Assembly: GCA_965248445.1 (NCBI GenBank) | Contig: CBDFJG010000003.1 | Coordinates: 480,001 to 544,000 of the forward strand | Direction of reading: 5' to 3' | DNA: 64,000 bases | Source: Planctomycetota bacterium | GTDB lineage: Bacteria; Planctomycetota; JAJSAM01; JAJVHW01 | Shown here: in pieces, positions 19,319 through 29,170 of the stretch | Layout of the letters: every line of letters starts with the position of its first letter | How positions within the stretch are numbered: position 1 is the stretch's first letter | The notes under the pieces: model-generated | Databases searched by the model: none | Told to the model about the DNA's origin: nothing | The model's input: only the letters and a program-made list of their open reading frames with translations | Translations under genes and position numbers: made by a program

Positions 19319-19391
19319 GCCGCAACGGCAACGGGCACTTCAGGGAAAGAGCGGACCGAAAGCGTTCAGAACGCACACGGGGGTTTGTGAG

Positions 19392-20930
19392 ATGAGCATG
19401 GGTAAGAAGTGCATGACGGCGGCGGTGACGATGGGCGTGTTCACGCTCGTCACTCCCGCGATCGCGGCGGAGACCGCGCGAACCGCGAGAGCGGAGGCGC
19501 TCAAGGAGATCCCCAAGTGGGAGACCTATAGCGCCGAGGATTCGGGCAGCTTGGAGGAGACATTCTTCCGGCTCCAGAACTCGTTTGCTCTGCCTGCGGA
19601 GACTGGCTCCCGCGCGCTCGGCAGCGTCCCGTTCTGGCCCCGGGGCAGCCTCAAGTTCGGCACCGTACGCATCTTGCCGTATCTGCGGCAGGCGGTGTCG
19701 TACGAGTCGAACCACTTCCGCACGAACGAGACGCCCCGTCGCGGAACCCACCCGACGGCCAGCCCTCGCTCCCACGGTCGTGACGGCTCGGTCACGCACG
19801 TCAACCAGATTGGTGCGATGGCGGACACGCTGCTCGACGGCGGACGCCTGCGCCTGTCTGGAGCGATCGACTCGCAGTGGCTCCTGCGCTATGCGTCGGA
19901 GAGCCGGCACGCGGACGACTGGGACTTCGACGGCCAGCTCGGTGCGTCGTACGCCATCAACAAGGACATCCGCGCGGGCATCGGCTATCGCTGGGAGCGG
20001 CGGTCGGATCCGATGGAGACGAACGCCTCGAGCAGGTTCCGTCGCACCAACCAGCAGGCCGTGGCCAACCTGTCCTACGCGAACATCGGTGTTCGCGGAC
20101 TCAAGGCCCGGTTCGGCGTGACGACCCGCGACGTCGACGCGTCGAAGTCGAACGAGACGGCTTTGAACCGTCACGACCGCACGGAGATCGAGTACAAGCT
20201 CCGCGCGTCGTACCCGGTCTGGAGCGAGTCCACGGACCTCTTCGTCCAGGGTCGCTATCGCACCGAAGAGCGCGAGTCCGACGAGATCAACGACGGCGAC
20301 GTCTACGGCATGGACTTCGGCATGTCCGGCGCCATCCCGATCACCCGCAATGAGTACGGCGGTCTGCGCGGTGAGGTGTCGTTCGGCTTCGACAGCGGCT
20401 CGTACGAGAACGAGACGTACAACCGCGGTTCGCAGGTGCTGATCCGGGACGACTCGGACGACGAGACGAACCTCAGCGTGCGCGGTCGCTTGCAGTACAT
20501 CGCGACGCCCCGCACCTCGTGGGACATGACGGTGTTCCGCGGCCAGCAGTTCAGCCTCCACGGCAACTACCAGATCGTCAACCGCCTCGAGCTCAACGTG
20601 ACGCACAACGCGTCGTGCAAGCTCGTCTCGCGCATCGGCGTCTTCTGGGAGCACGTCGATCCCTCTGGCCTGGTCTCGCCGAAGAGCGCGCTGACCGGCA
20701 ACACGGGGCTCAAGAACCAGCAGGAGTACGAAGACTGGGACCGCTTCGGCGTCGGCGTCGGCGCCCGCTATCCCATCGAGGACTGGCTGGATGTCGATGG
20801 CTCGATCGGAGTCGAGCGCAAGAACTCGTACGAGTCGCGCAGCTTCTCGAACTACAGCGCGCAGGTGGGCCTCACGCTCTACCTGGCCGGACTGAACACC
20901 GCGTCGATGCGGCGTTCTCTCGGGTACTAG
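19392..20930 (+). CDS. Outer-membrane beta-barrel protein, polysaccharide-export associated
   Basis: Signal peptide; many amphipathic beta-strands (IRAGIGYRWE, LSVRGRLQY, FGVGVGARY, SAQVGLTLY); adjacent to OPX and Wzc. Confidence 0.75.
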   Translation: MSMGKKCMTAAVTMGVFTLVTPAIAAETARTARAEALKEIPKWETYSAEDSGSLEETFFRLQNSFALPAETGSRALGSVPFWPRGSLKFGTVRILPYLRQAVSYESNHFRTNETPRRGTHPTASPRSHGRDGSVTHVNQIGAMADTLLDGGRLRLSGAIDSQWLLRYASESRHADDWDFDGQLGASYAINKDIRAGIGYRWERRSDPMETNASSRFRRTNQQAVANLSYANIGVRGLKARFGVTTRDVDASKSNETALNRHDRTEIEYKLRASYPVWSESTDLFVQGRYRTEERESDEINDGDVYGMDFGMSGAIPITRNEYGGLRGEVSFGFDSGSYENETYNRGSQVLIRDDSDDETNLSVRGRLQYIATPRTSWDMTVFRGQQFSLHGNYQIVNRLELNVTHNASCKLVSRIGVFWEHVDPSGLVSPKSALTGNTGLKNQQEYEDWDRFGVGVGARYPIEDWLDVDGSIGVERKNSYESRSFSNYSAQVGLTLYLAGLNTASMRRSLGY

Positions 20931-20944
20931 ATCAACCCAGTTCC

Positions 20945-20980
20945 GAAACCCGCGCGCCACCTCGTGGCGCGCGGGTTTTC
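20945..20980 (+). terminator. Intrinsic terminator hairpin
   Basis: AAACCCGCGCGCCAC-CTC-GTGGCGCGCGGGTTTT just after the barrel stop codon. Confidence 0.85.
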
Positions 20981-21096
20981 TCGTGTCTGAGCGGCATTTT
21001 GCGGTCCCGCGAGCGCCTCGTCACACGTCCGAGGTGGTGGGGAATCCCCTTCTGATCGGTGACGAGGGCAGTCACCCTCGGGGGTTCTGACCGGAG

Positions 21097-22011
21097 GTGG
21101 TGGTGATGCGCAGTTCGATCGTCATGATTCTGCTGGCAGTGCTTCTCGTGGTGGGGGCGCCGCTGACTTCCACGGCCCAGGACGGGCGCGGACCCGGGGT
21201 GAATCCGCCCGCGCCTGATCTGACGGAGTACCGCATTCGCGTCGGCGACAGGGTCGACGTGGTCGTGGACAAGCACACCGAGTACTCGCGCTCGTTCCAG
21301 ATCCCGGCCGGTGGCGCCGTGGCGATGCCGCCGATCGGCCGGATCACGACGGTCGGCCGCACGGTCTTCGAGCTCGGCGATGACATCGCCCGGAGACTGG
21401 CGTCGGACAACGTCGTCGTGAACCCCATCGTCCACTGCATCGTGACGGAGTACTCGGAGCGAGTGGTCTACGTGATCGGTGCAGCGCGCGGAACGGTCTC
21501 GCTGCCCGTGCACGAGAACATCCGCGTTCTCGAGTTGCTGGCACTCACAGGCGCGCTGGACTCGACGGGGGCCGACTACTCGAAGGTCCGCGTGCTGCGA
21601 AAGGGCCAGAACGGCCGGCAGTACCCGATCCCCGTTTCGATCACGGACATCCTCGAGCGGAACGACGAGCGGCAGAACATCGTGATCCGCGAGGGCGACG
21701 TGATCGAGATCGCGACGCTCGAGAGCCAGTCGCCTGACTCGGCCGAGTGGGTCTACGTGTTGGGAAAGGTCAATTCTCAGGGCCGGTACCCGGTCATCCA
21801 GGGCCGGACCGGGTTCACTCTCACCAAGTTGATCGCGCTGGCCGGCGGTTTTACGCAGTTCGGTAAGCGTACGGAAGTCGTCATCATCCGACGTGGGGCG
21901 ACGGGCACGCGTCGCGACGTCGTGGACTTCGACGAGATCATCGAGGGCAACCGCCCGGACGTGCCGCTCCAGGCCGACGACCTGGTGTTCGTGCCGAAGT
22001 CGTTCTTCTGA
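21097..22011 (+). CDS. Short OPX (Wza-like) polysaccharide export protein
   Basis: YRIRVGDRVDV Poly_export motif, two SLBB domains (VYVIG, VYVLGKV..ALAGGFT), ends FVPKSFF with no C-terminal helix. Confidence 0.88.
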   Translation: MVVMRSSIVMILLAVLLVVGAPLTSTAQDGRGPGVNPPAPDLTEYRIRVGDRVDVVVDKHTEYSRSFQIPAGGAVAMPPIGRITTVGRTVFELGDDIARRLASDNVVVNPIVHCIVTEYSERVVYVIGAARGTVSLPVHENIRVLELLALTGALDSTGADYSKVRVLRKGQNGRQYPIPVSITDILERNDERQNIVIREGDVIEIATLESQSPDSAEWVYVLGKVNSQGRYPVIQGRTGFTLTKLIALAGGFTQFGKRTEVVIIRRGATGTRRDVVDFDEIIEGNRPDVPLQADDLVFVPKSFF

Positions 22012-22201
22012 TCCGAGCCGGGTCTCCGCGGACCGTGACGGTTCGAAAGACCGTCGCCCGCGGTCGCCCCTGCGTAACCTGGACCCCTGCATTTGGATTG
22101 CATCGTGTGGCCCTCGACAGGGCCGCGCCGCGGCTGTGCCGCCCGGTCTCGTTCGCCGTGGCGAGGTGCGAAACAGCCACGCCCGTCACGTGGAGCCCGT
22201 C

Positions 22202-24397
22202 ATGACCGATCAGACCCCATTCAACGAACGAGTCGGCGGCGCCGACTCGTCCGTGCCCGCGCGTCAGACGCACATCCGCGACTACGGTCTGATCCTCCTG
22301 AACCGGTGGCCGGTCATCGTCACGGCGCTGGTCATCGGCATCGCGCTGACCTGGTTCGTGACGCAGCGGCAGGTTCGCCTCTATCGCACGAGCGCGCTTC
22401 TCCGGCTGACCCCGCCGTCGCGCGGTGTCGTGCGCCAGTTCGGTCCGGCGCCCGGGAGCATCGTCACCGACCCGGTCGAACTGGTCACGCTGCTCGCACT
22501 CGTTCAGCTCCCCGACACGGTCGAGCGCGCGGTCAGGGACTTCGATCTCGAGAGCAAGCCGGACTTCGACGGGATGACGTTCGCTGAGATCGTACGTGCA
22601 GCCAACGGACGGATCACGGCAAAGCGTCGCCGTGGCCAGTACCTCGTGGACGTCTCCGCCACTGGTCCGAAGCCCGAGATCCTGGATGACCTCGCCAACG
22701 CGGTCGTGCACTACTTTGCGAACGAGCAGAGCGACAAGGCGGACATGGCGCGGAAGCAGCGGCGCGCGGACCTGAAGGAGCGGATTGCGAGCGTTCGGGG
22801 GAAGATCCAGATCGCCGAGATCGACATGCGCGGGCTCCTACGAGACTCCAGCCACACGGAGGCGAGCTTCGACGATCTCCGTACGCGGCTTCAGGGCGAA
22901 CGAACGACGCTGAGCCGGACGCTCAGCGACCTGGCGTTCAAGAGGCTGAACGACCAGGCGACCTACGTGACCCTGAAGGCCGCTGTCGACAGCGGCGCTT
23001 ACGATTCGGTCCGACTTCATCGGAGCGTCCGGCTGGACGGCGCGGTCGTCACTGTGAGTGCCCGCATCGAGAGGGCGACGGCGACGATGCACGACCTGAC
23101 AGTCGTCAAGCAGCTCGGGTCAGGACACCAGAGCGTGCAGAGGGTCACGGCCGAACTCAACCGCGCGCAGCAGGAACTGCGAGTCCTCGAGCGGGCGATC
23201 GTGCGCGACTTCGTTTCCGAGTACGACTCGAACCTCGCCAGACAGCGGCAGGTCGAGACACGCAAGACCGATGTCGAGACGGAGCTCACGGAGATGAGCA
23301 CCATCGGCAACGAGCTCGATGAGAACCGCTCCCTCATCGATCGCTATCGAGTCGAGGTGACCGAGCTGAGAGAGGACCTCGACGGACTCGGTCCGGAGAC
23401 CCTTCTCGTCGGCGGCACGGTGTTCGTCGTGCGCGAGGCGCGTGAGCCCGACCCCAACCGGCCGGTCAGTCCGAATGTGGCGCTGAACTACACGCTGGGC
23501 TCGATCCTCTCGCTACTCGTCGGGGTGACGATCGCGTTCCTCATCGAGTACCTCGACGACACGATCCGCACCAAGGACGAGCTCGCCAAGGTGACGGAGG
23601 TGCAGTTGCTCGGCGTGATCCCGTACATCAAGGGCTCCCGCTCGGACACCTCGAGCAAGGACCTCGTCGCGTACAAGTACCCGAAAGACACGGTCGCGGA
23701 GGCCTACCGCGGCGTCCGCACGTCGCTGACGCTCAGCGCGCGGGGCCGGGATCGCCGCGTGCTCCTGTTCACGAGTGCCGGTCCCCGTGAGGGCAAGACC
23801 ACGACGGTGATCAACGTCGCGACCGTGTTCTCGTACGCCGACGCGGACACACGGGTGCTCGTGATCGACGCTGACCTCCGCAAGCCGCGCGTGCACGCGT
23901 CGTTCGGCATCGAGGACGAGGACGGGCTCTCGAACGCGCTGATGCAGAAGGTGCCCGATCCGGTGCCGCTCTGCCAGGAGACCCAGGTCAAGAACGTCGA
24001 CGTCCTGACCAGCGGACCGATCCCGCCCAACCCATCGGAGCTACTCGGTTCGCAGAAAATGGCCGTCGTCCTCAAGCGTCTTCGCGACGTGTACGACTAC
24101 GTGCTCCTGGACACTCCGCCGATCGGTGCCGTCACGGACGCGGCCGTTCTCGGCACGCTGGTGGACGGCGTCATCTTGGTCGTCCACGCGGGCAAGACAC
24201 GGCGTGGCGTGGTGAGTCGCGGGTTGGAGCAGTTGCGCTACATCCACGCGCCGGTCGAGGGGGTCATCCTCAACAACCTGCGCACCGGCCGCCGCGGCTA
24301 CTACGCCGGCTACTACAACTACTACTACTACTATTCGTACTACGGGACCGGGAGCTCGCGCGAAGAGCGCACTGCGTCGAAGTCCGCGAAGGAGTAG
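22202..24397 (+). CDS. wzc: Wzc-type polysaccharide co-polymerase with fused tyrosine autokinase
   Basis: Two TM segments around a coiled-coil loop, AEAYRGVRT, GPREGKTT, IDADLRKP, LDTPP, C-terminal Tyr cluster. Confidence 0.92.
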   Translation: MTDQTPFNERVGGADSSVPARQTHIRDYGLILLNRWPVIVTALVIGIALTWFVTQRQVRLYRTSALLRLTPPSRGVVRQFGPAPGSIVTDPVELVTLLALVQLPDTVERAVRDFDLESKPDFDGMTFAEIVRAANGRITAKRRRGQYLVDVSATGPKPEILDDLANAVVHYFANEQSDKADMARKQRRADLKERIASVRGKIQIAEIDMRGLLRDSSHTEASFDDLRTRLQGERTTLSRTLSDLAFKRLNDQATYVTLKAAVDSGAYDSVRLHRSVRLDGAVVTVSARIERATATMHDLTVVKQLGSGHQSVQRVTAELNRAQQELRVLERAIVRDFVSEYDSNLARQRQVETRKTDVETELTEMSTIGNELDENRSLIDRYRVEVTELREDLDGLGPETLLVGGTVFVVREAREPDPNRPVSPNVALNYTLGSILSLLVGVTIAFLIEYLDDTIRTKDELAKVTEVQLLGVIPYIKGSRSDTSSKDLVAYKYPKDTVAEAYRGVRTSLTLSARGRDRRVLLFTSAGPREGKTTTVINVATVFSYADADTRVLVIDADLRKPRVHASFGIEDEDGLSNALMQKVPDPVPLCQETQVKNVDVLTSGPIPPNPSELLGSQKMAVVLKRLRDVYDYVLLDTPPIGAVTDAAVLGTLVDGVILVVHAGKTRRGVVSRGLEQLRYIHAPVEGVILNNLRTGRRGYYAGYYNYYYYYSYYGTGSSREERTASKSAKE

Positions 24398-24406
24398 TTC
24401 CGAATC

Positions 24407-25150
24407 ATGCGGCGTGCCTGGCTGCTCGTCGTCGCGGCGGCGGCCCTGGCGCTCGCGTTCGAGGGCGCACGGATCGCCTGGAGCGACGCCAAGTATCGGG
24501 GTGTGCTCGATGCCGGGGACACACCGGTGCGCGACGTGCCCGGCCGCCTCGAGGCGTTCGAGGAGGCGACGCGCAGACGTCCGGGTGAGTTCACGTACAG
24601 CCTGCGCTCGGGCCAGCTGCGGCTGGTGCGCCACGTCGCGGGAGACGGTGCCGCCCACGAGCTGGCCGACGCGACCGCGCACCTGCAGCATGCCGTCGAG
24701 GTGCACCCGCTCGACCCCAGGGGGCGGATCGCGCTGGCCCGGGCGCTCGGTCTCGCGGACGACTCCGCGGGGATGGTGCGCGAGGTGGCGCGCGCTGTGC
24801 TTCTCGGCCCACGGCACGGGAACGTGCTGCGTGAGGCCACGGCCCTCCTGACGACGGAGTGGCGTCGGACCGGCCTTCCCGACCTGCTTGCGTGGGCGCT
24901 CGAGATTGAGGCGGAGCGCGCCGCCTGGTCGGCTCAGGGGCCCTCGCGCACAGCAGGCGGCATCCTGGCCGCCCGCGGCGACCAGGCCCAGGGGGACGTC
25001 GTCTGGGCGGCCAACGGCCGGGCGCCGCTGCTTCGGGCGGGGGCCGCGCTACTCGCCCGGCACGACCGCGTTGCGAGTGACAGCCTCTCGAGGCTCGCGG
25101 ATGAGATCGATTCCGGTGCCGGTGGACCCGACGGCGAGGGCAACGAGTGA
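24407..25150 (+). CDS. Membrane-anchored TPR-like protein
   Basis: N-terminal TM/signal; AFEEATRRRP, LQHAVEVHPLD, ARAVLLGP TPR-like helices. Confidence 0.6.
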   Translation: MRRAWLLVVAAAALALAFEGARIAWSDAKYRGVLDAGDTPVRDVPGRLEAFEEATRRRPGEFTYSLRSGQLRLVRHVAGDGAAHELADATAHLQHAVEVHPLDPRGRIALARALGLADDSAGMVREVARAVLLGPRHGNVLREATALLTTEWRRTGLPDLLAWALEIEAERAAWSAQGPSRTAGGILAARGDQAQGDVVWAANGRAPLLRAGAALLARHDRVASDSLSRLADEIDSGAGGPDGEGNE

Positions 25151-26544
25151 CACGGCACGTCCTCGCCGGCGTGGTTCTGACGGTCGCCCTGCTGGCGCCG
25201 TGGCCGTTCGGATCCGTCGAGCCCTACTTCTTCGGTGCGGCTTCGGCGCTGGTGCTCGGCGCGGGTGCCGTCTGGTCAGCGCTGACGGCCCGCAGCCCGG
25301 TGGATGCACCGGCCGGCATGCGCGGCTTCGCGGCGGCGGTTCTGGCAGTCCCCGCCGTGGCGTTGCTTTCCATGGTGCCGTTGCCACGCGCGCTCGTCGC
25401 CCTCCTCTCTCCGCAGACCGTCGCCACGATGGAGAGTGCGGCGCCGCCGGCGGCCGGCTCGTGGTTGCCGCTGTCTCTGCACGCGCACGCCACGTTGGAT
25501 GCCGCGGTCGTGGCCGCTGCGGTGGCCGTCACGGCTCTGCTCATCGCATGGATCGCCTCGTCCGGGGCCGCGCGGCGAATTGCGTGGGCGTTCGTGTGGG
25601 GCGGCGTCCTGCTCGCGTTGTTCGGCCTCGTGCAGCGCCTCACGCAGTCGGACGGACAGGTGATGTTCTGGAGCATTGAGCTGAACGAGCGCGGCACGCC
25701 GTTCGGTCCGTATGTGAATCGCAATCACTTCGGCGGCGCGATGCTGCTGTTCTCGGGCGTGGCGGCCGGACTCGCACGGGACTCGCATCTACGCGCCCAG
25801 CACCGGGAGAGGGGGGCGGCGTTCGCCGTACTTGCACTGTTCGTCGTCGCGCTGCTCGCCACGACGTCGCGCGGCGCGATCCTCGGACTCGGAGTGCTGA
25901 CCGTCTTCGTCCTGCTGTTCTTGATCCCCCGAGCCGCGCGCCGCCGGGCGATCCTCGCGCTCGCGGCGCTCGTCGTACTGGCGGCGGGCGCGCTACTGGC
26001 GCTCGGACTGCTCGGAGACATCGCGGCCCGTGCGGAGCTACAGCCGCGTTGGCTGAACCGCTTCCTCGTTCAGAAGGACGCGCTGGCGGTGTTCACGCAG
26101 TTCCCCTTGTTTGGTACCGGTGCGGGCACGTTCCCGACCGTGTTTCACGTCTTCCAGACGGTGCCCGACGACAGGCACTTCAACGACGCGCACTCGGACT
26201 GGGCGCAGTTCCTCATGGAGACCGGGGTGATCGGAGCGGCCGTGGGGCTGTGGCTCGCGATGCTGCTCATTCGCCGCCTCCGGCGGGCGGCGCCTGGCCC
26301 CGGGCGCGCACTGGCCCTCGGCGCCGGCGGGGGACTCGCGGCGCTCGCAGTCCACGGGTTCCTCGAGACCAACCTCCACATCCCCGCGAACGCCCTCCTG
26401 GCTGCGGTGGCCGCCGGGATAGCATGGGGATCATCTGTGCCGGCGGCCCTGGCCGCCGCGCCGGAGGGAGCCGCCGTCTCAAGTCTTCCAGGCTCCCGTG
26501 ACGACGATCAAAACGTCGCTCCAGTCCCGACTGGAGGGGACTGA
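25147..26544 (+). CDS. O-antigen ligase/Wzy-family membrane protein
   Basis: GPYVNRNHF, TTSRGAI, PLFGTGAGTF, AHSDWAQFLMETGVIG, NLHIPAN. Confidence 0.88.
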   Translation: MTRHVLAGVVLTVALLAPWPFGSVEPYFFGAASALVLGAGAVWSALTARSPVDAPAGMRGFAAAVLAVPAVALLSMVPLPRALVALLSPQTVATMESAAPPAAGSWLPLSLHAHATLDAAVVAAAVAVTALLIAWIASSGAARRIAWAFVWGGVLLALFGLVQRLTQSDGQVMFWSIELNERGTPFGPYVNRNHFGGAMLLFSGVAAGLARDSHLRAQHRERGAAFAVLALFVVALLATTSRGAILGLGVLTVFVLLFLIPRAARRRAILALAALVVLAAGALLALGLLGDIAARAELQPRWLNRFLVQKDALAVFTQFPLFGTGAGTFPTVFHVFQTVPDDRHFNDAHSDWAQFLMETGVIGAAVGLWLAMLLIRRLRRAAPGPGRALALGAGGGLAALAVHGFLETNLHIPANALLAAVAAGIAWGSSVPAALAAAPEGAAVSSLPGSRDDDQNVAPVPTGGD

Positions 26545-26610
26545 CACCCGCGGCCCGTCAGGGCCCTTCCACAGGCTGCCCGGCCGGCTCCGGGCGGAGG
26601 CTACGCCCAG

Positions 26611-27948
26611 ATGAGCACAGGACTGAACGACACGACCGCGGGGCTGCGGGACAGGATCGAGAAGCGCGAGGCCCGACTGGGCATCCTCGGACTCGGGTAC
26701 GTCGGGCTGCCGCTCGCGCTGGAGTTCGCCAAGGCCGGCTTCACCGTGCTCGGGTTCGACATCTCCGAGGAGAAGGTGGATCTCGTCAACAAGGGATCCA
26801 GCTACATCGGCGACGTCACCACCGACGAACTCGCGGAGCAGGTGAACGCCGGTCGCATCGCGGCGACGACGGACTTCGACCGGCTCGCAGACATGGATTG
26901 CATCTCAATCTGCGTCCCGACGCCGCTGTCGAAGACGAAGGACCCGGACATGACGTACGTCGAGGCGGCAACGAACGCCATCGCCGAGCGCATGCACCCG
27001 GACATACTGGTGATCCTCGAGAGCACCACGTATCCGGGGACGACTGAGGAGTTGATCCTGCCGCTGCTCGCCGGCTCCGAACGCAAGGTCGGCGAGGACT
27101 TCTTCCTCGCGTTCTCGCCCGAGCGCGTCGATCCGGGCAACCCGGTCTATCAGGTGAAGAACACGCCGAAGGTGGTCGGCGGCACGACGCCCGCGTGCAC
27201 CGAACTGGCGTCCTTGCTCTACGCGCAGGCGATCGACCACGTGCACCCTGTCACGTCGACCGGCGCTGCCGAGATGGTCAAGCTCCTCGAGAACACGTAC
27301 CGCAGCGTCAACATCGGTCTTGTCAACGAGATTGCCATCATGGCCGAGAAGTTGAAGCTGGACGTCTGGGAGGTCATCGAGGCGGCCGCGACGAAGCCGT
27401 TCGGCTTCATGCCCTTCTATCCCGGTCCCGGACTCGGGGGACACTGCATCCCGATCGATCCTCTGTATCTCTCCTGGAAGCTCCGCACGCTGAACTACAA
27501 GGCGCGCTTCATCGAGCTCGCTTCCGAGATCAACACGGCGATGCCGGACGTCGTGGTCGACCGCGTGGCACACGCGCTGAACCAACGGAAGAAGGCTGTC
27601 AACGGCTCCCGCATCCTGATGGTGGGCATCGCCTACAAGAAGGACATCGACGACGTGCGAGAGTCGCCGGCCCTCGACGTGCTGCGCCTCCTGCAGAGCC
27701 TCGGCGCCAACGTGCGATACCACGACCCGTTCGTGCCGGAGCTCTCGCGCCACGGTGTCCCCGCGAACGGCAACAACCAGAGTGTCCCGCTCACGGACGA
27801 GGAGATCCGCGCCGCCGACTGCGTCGTGATCACCACGGCCCACAGCGACATCGACTTCGAGCGCGTCGTCGAGCACGCGTGCCTCGTGTTCGACACCCGC
27901 AATGCGACCGGCTCGCTCGGCAAGCGGGCGAACGTCGTGAAGCTCTGA
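26611..27948 (+). CDS. UDP-N-acetylhexosamine 6-dehydrogenase (WbpA/WecC family)
   Basis: GLGYVGLP, CVPTP, LESTTYPGTT, SPERVDPG, GLGGHCIP, YKKDIDDVRESP. Confidence 0.93.
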   Translation: MSTGLNDTTAGLRDRIEKREARLGILGLGYVGLPLALEFAKAGFTVLGFDISEEKVDLVNKGSSYIGDVTTDELAEQVNAGRIAATTDFDRLADMDCISICVPTPLSKTKDPDMTYVEAATNAIAERMHPDILVILESTTYPGTTEELILPLLAGSERKVGEDFFLAFSPERVDPGNPVYQVKNTPKVVGGTTPACTELASLLYAQAIDHVHPVTSTGAAEMVKLLENTYRSVNIGLVNEIAIMAEKLKLDVWEVIEAAATKPFGFMPFYPGPGLGGHCIPIDPLYLSWKLRTLNYKARFIELASEINTAMPDVVVDRVAHALNQRKKAVNGSRILMVGIAYKKDIDDVRESPALDVLRLLQSLGANVRYHDPFVPELSRHGVPANGNNQSVPLTDEEIRAADCVVITTAHSDIDFERVVEHACLVFDTRNATGSLGKRANVVKL

Positions 27949-28000
27949 CCCCGCGCGAACCGGCGCTGTAGAAGAGGGGGCGGGCAGCGAGCCCCGCCCT

Positions 28001-29167
28001 ATGCAGGTCCTCCACATCGCCGGCGCCCGTCCGAACTTCATGAAAGTCGCGCCCCTGGTGCGCGCCTTCCGTGCCCGCGGTGTGGAAGCGGACGTCTGTC
28101 ACACCGGACAGCACTACGACGAGCGCATGAGCCGGCTGTTCTTCGATGAGCTCGGACTCCCCGAGCCGTTCGTGAACCTCGGTGTCGGCTCGGGCTCGCA
28201 CGCCCAGCAGACGGCGGACGTGATGAAGCGTTTCGAGCCGGTCGTCCTGGAGCGACGGCCGGACCTGATCGTCGTGGTAGGAGACGTGAACAGCACGCTG
28301 GCCTGCGCGATCGTGGGCACGAAGCTGCGGGTGCCGGTGGCGCACGTGGAAGCCGGCCTGCGCTCGCACGACCGCGACATGCCGGAGGAGCTGAACCGCC
28401 GCGTAGCCGATGCGGTCTCCGACCTGCTGTACTGCTCGGAACCGGCGGGCGTGGCGAACCTCGAGGCCGAGGGAGCGCACCCGGATCGGGTAAGGCTCGT
28501 CGGAAACGTCATGATCGACACGCTCGTCGCGCACCGGGAGCGGGCACGGGAGACCGGTGCCCGGGAGCAACTCGCACCGGCCGACGAGTACGCGGTCGTT
28601 ACGCTGCATCGCCCATCCAACGTCGACGACCCGGCCGTGGCGGACGGACTCGTCGGCGCGCTGGAACGCGTTGCAGCGATGGTCCCCGTGGTGTTTCCTC
28701 TCCACCCGCGGACCGCGGCTGCACTGCGCGCTCACGGACTGTTGACGCGACTTGAGGGTCGCGACGACATCGTGACGACACCGCCACTCGGCTACCTCCA
28801 GTTCCTCGACCTGCTGAGCGGCGCGCGTCTCGTGTTGACGGACTCGGGCGGCATCCAGGAAGAGACGACGGTGCTGGCAATCCCGTGCCTAACGCTTCGG
28901 CGGAACACGGAGCGGCCTGTTACGGTGACGCACGGCACGAACCGAGTGGTGGGTACAGACCCGGACACGATCGTGGAGGCCGCCCGGGCGGCGCTCGCCG
29001 CCGACACGTCTGGTACGAGTGCGGGCGGTAGAGCGAGTGCGGGCAGCGGTCCGGAGTTGTGGGACGGATGCGCAGCGGAGCGCATCGTGGATGACGTGGC
29101 GGGCGGTGGTTTGGAACGCGTTGCGGCGCTGCGGCGGCGTGGCAGCGAGCAGATTTCGGAAGGGTGA
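28001..29167 (+). CDS. wecB: UDP-GlcNAc 2-epimerase (non-hydrolysing)
   Basis: GARPNFMK, HTGQHYD, GDVNST, HVEAGLRS, MPEELNR, TDSGGIQEE, TERP. Confidence 0.95.
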   Translation: MQVLHIAGARPNFMKVAPLVRAFRARGVEADVCHTGQHYDERMSRLFFDELGLPEPFVNLGVGSGSHAQQTADVMKRFEPVVLERRPDLIVVVGDVNSTLACAIVGTKLRVPVAHVEAGLRSHDRDMPEELNRRVADAVSDLLYCSEPAGVANLEAEGAHPDRVRLVGNVMIDTLVAHRERARETGAREQLAPADEYAVVTLHRPSNVDDPAVADGLVGALERVAAMVPVVFPLHPRTAAALRAHGLLTRLEGRDDIVTTPPLGYLQFLDLLSGARLVLTDSGGIQEETTVLAIPCLTLRRNTERPVTVTHGTNRVVGTDPDTIVEAARAALAADTSGTSAGGRASAGSGPELWDGCAAERIVDDVAGGGLERVAALRRRGSEQISEG

Positions 29168-29170
29168 TCG

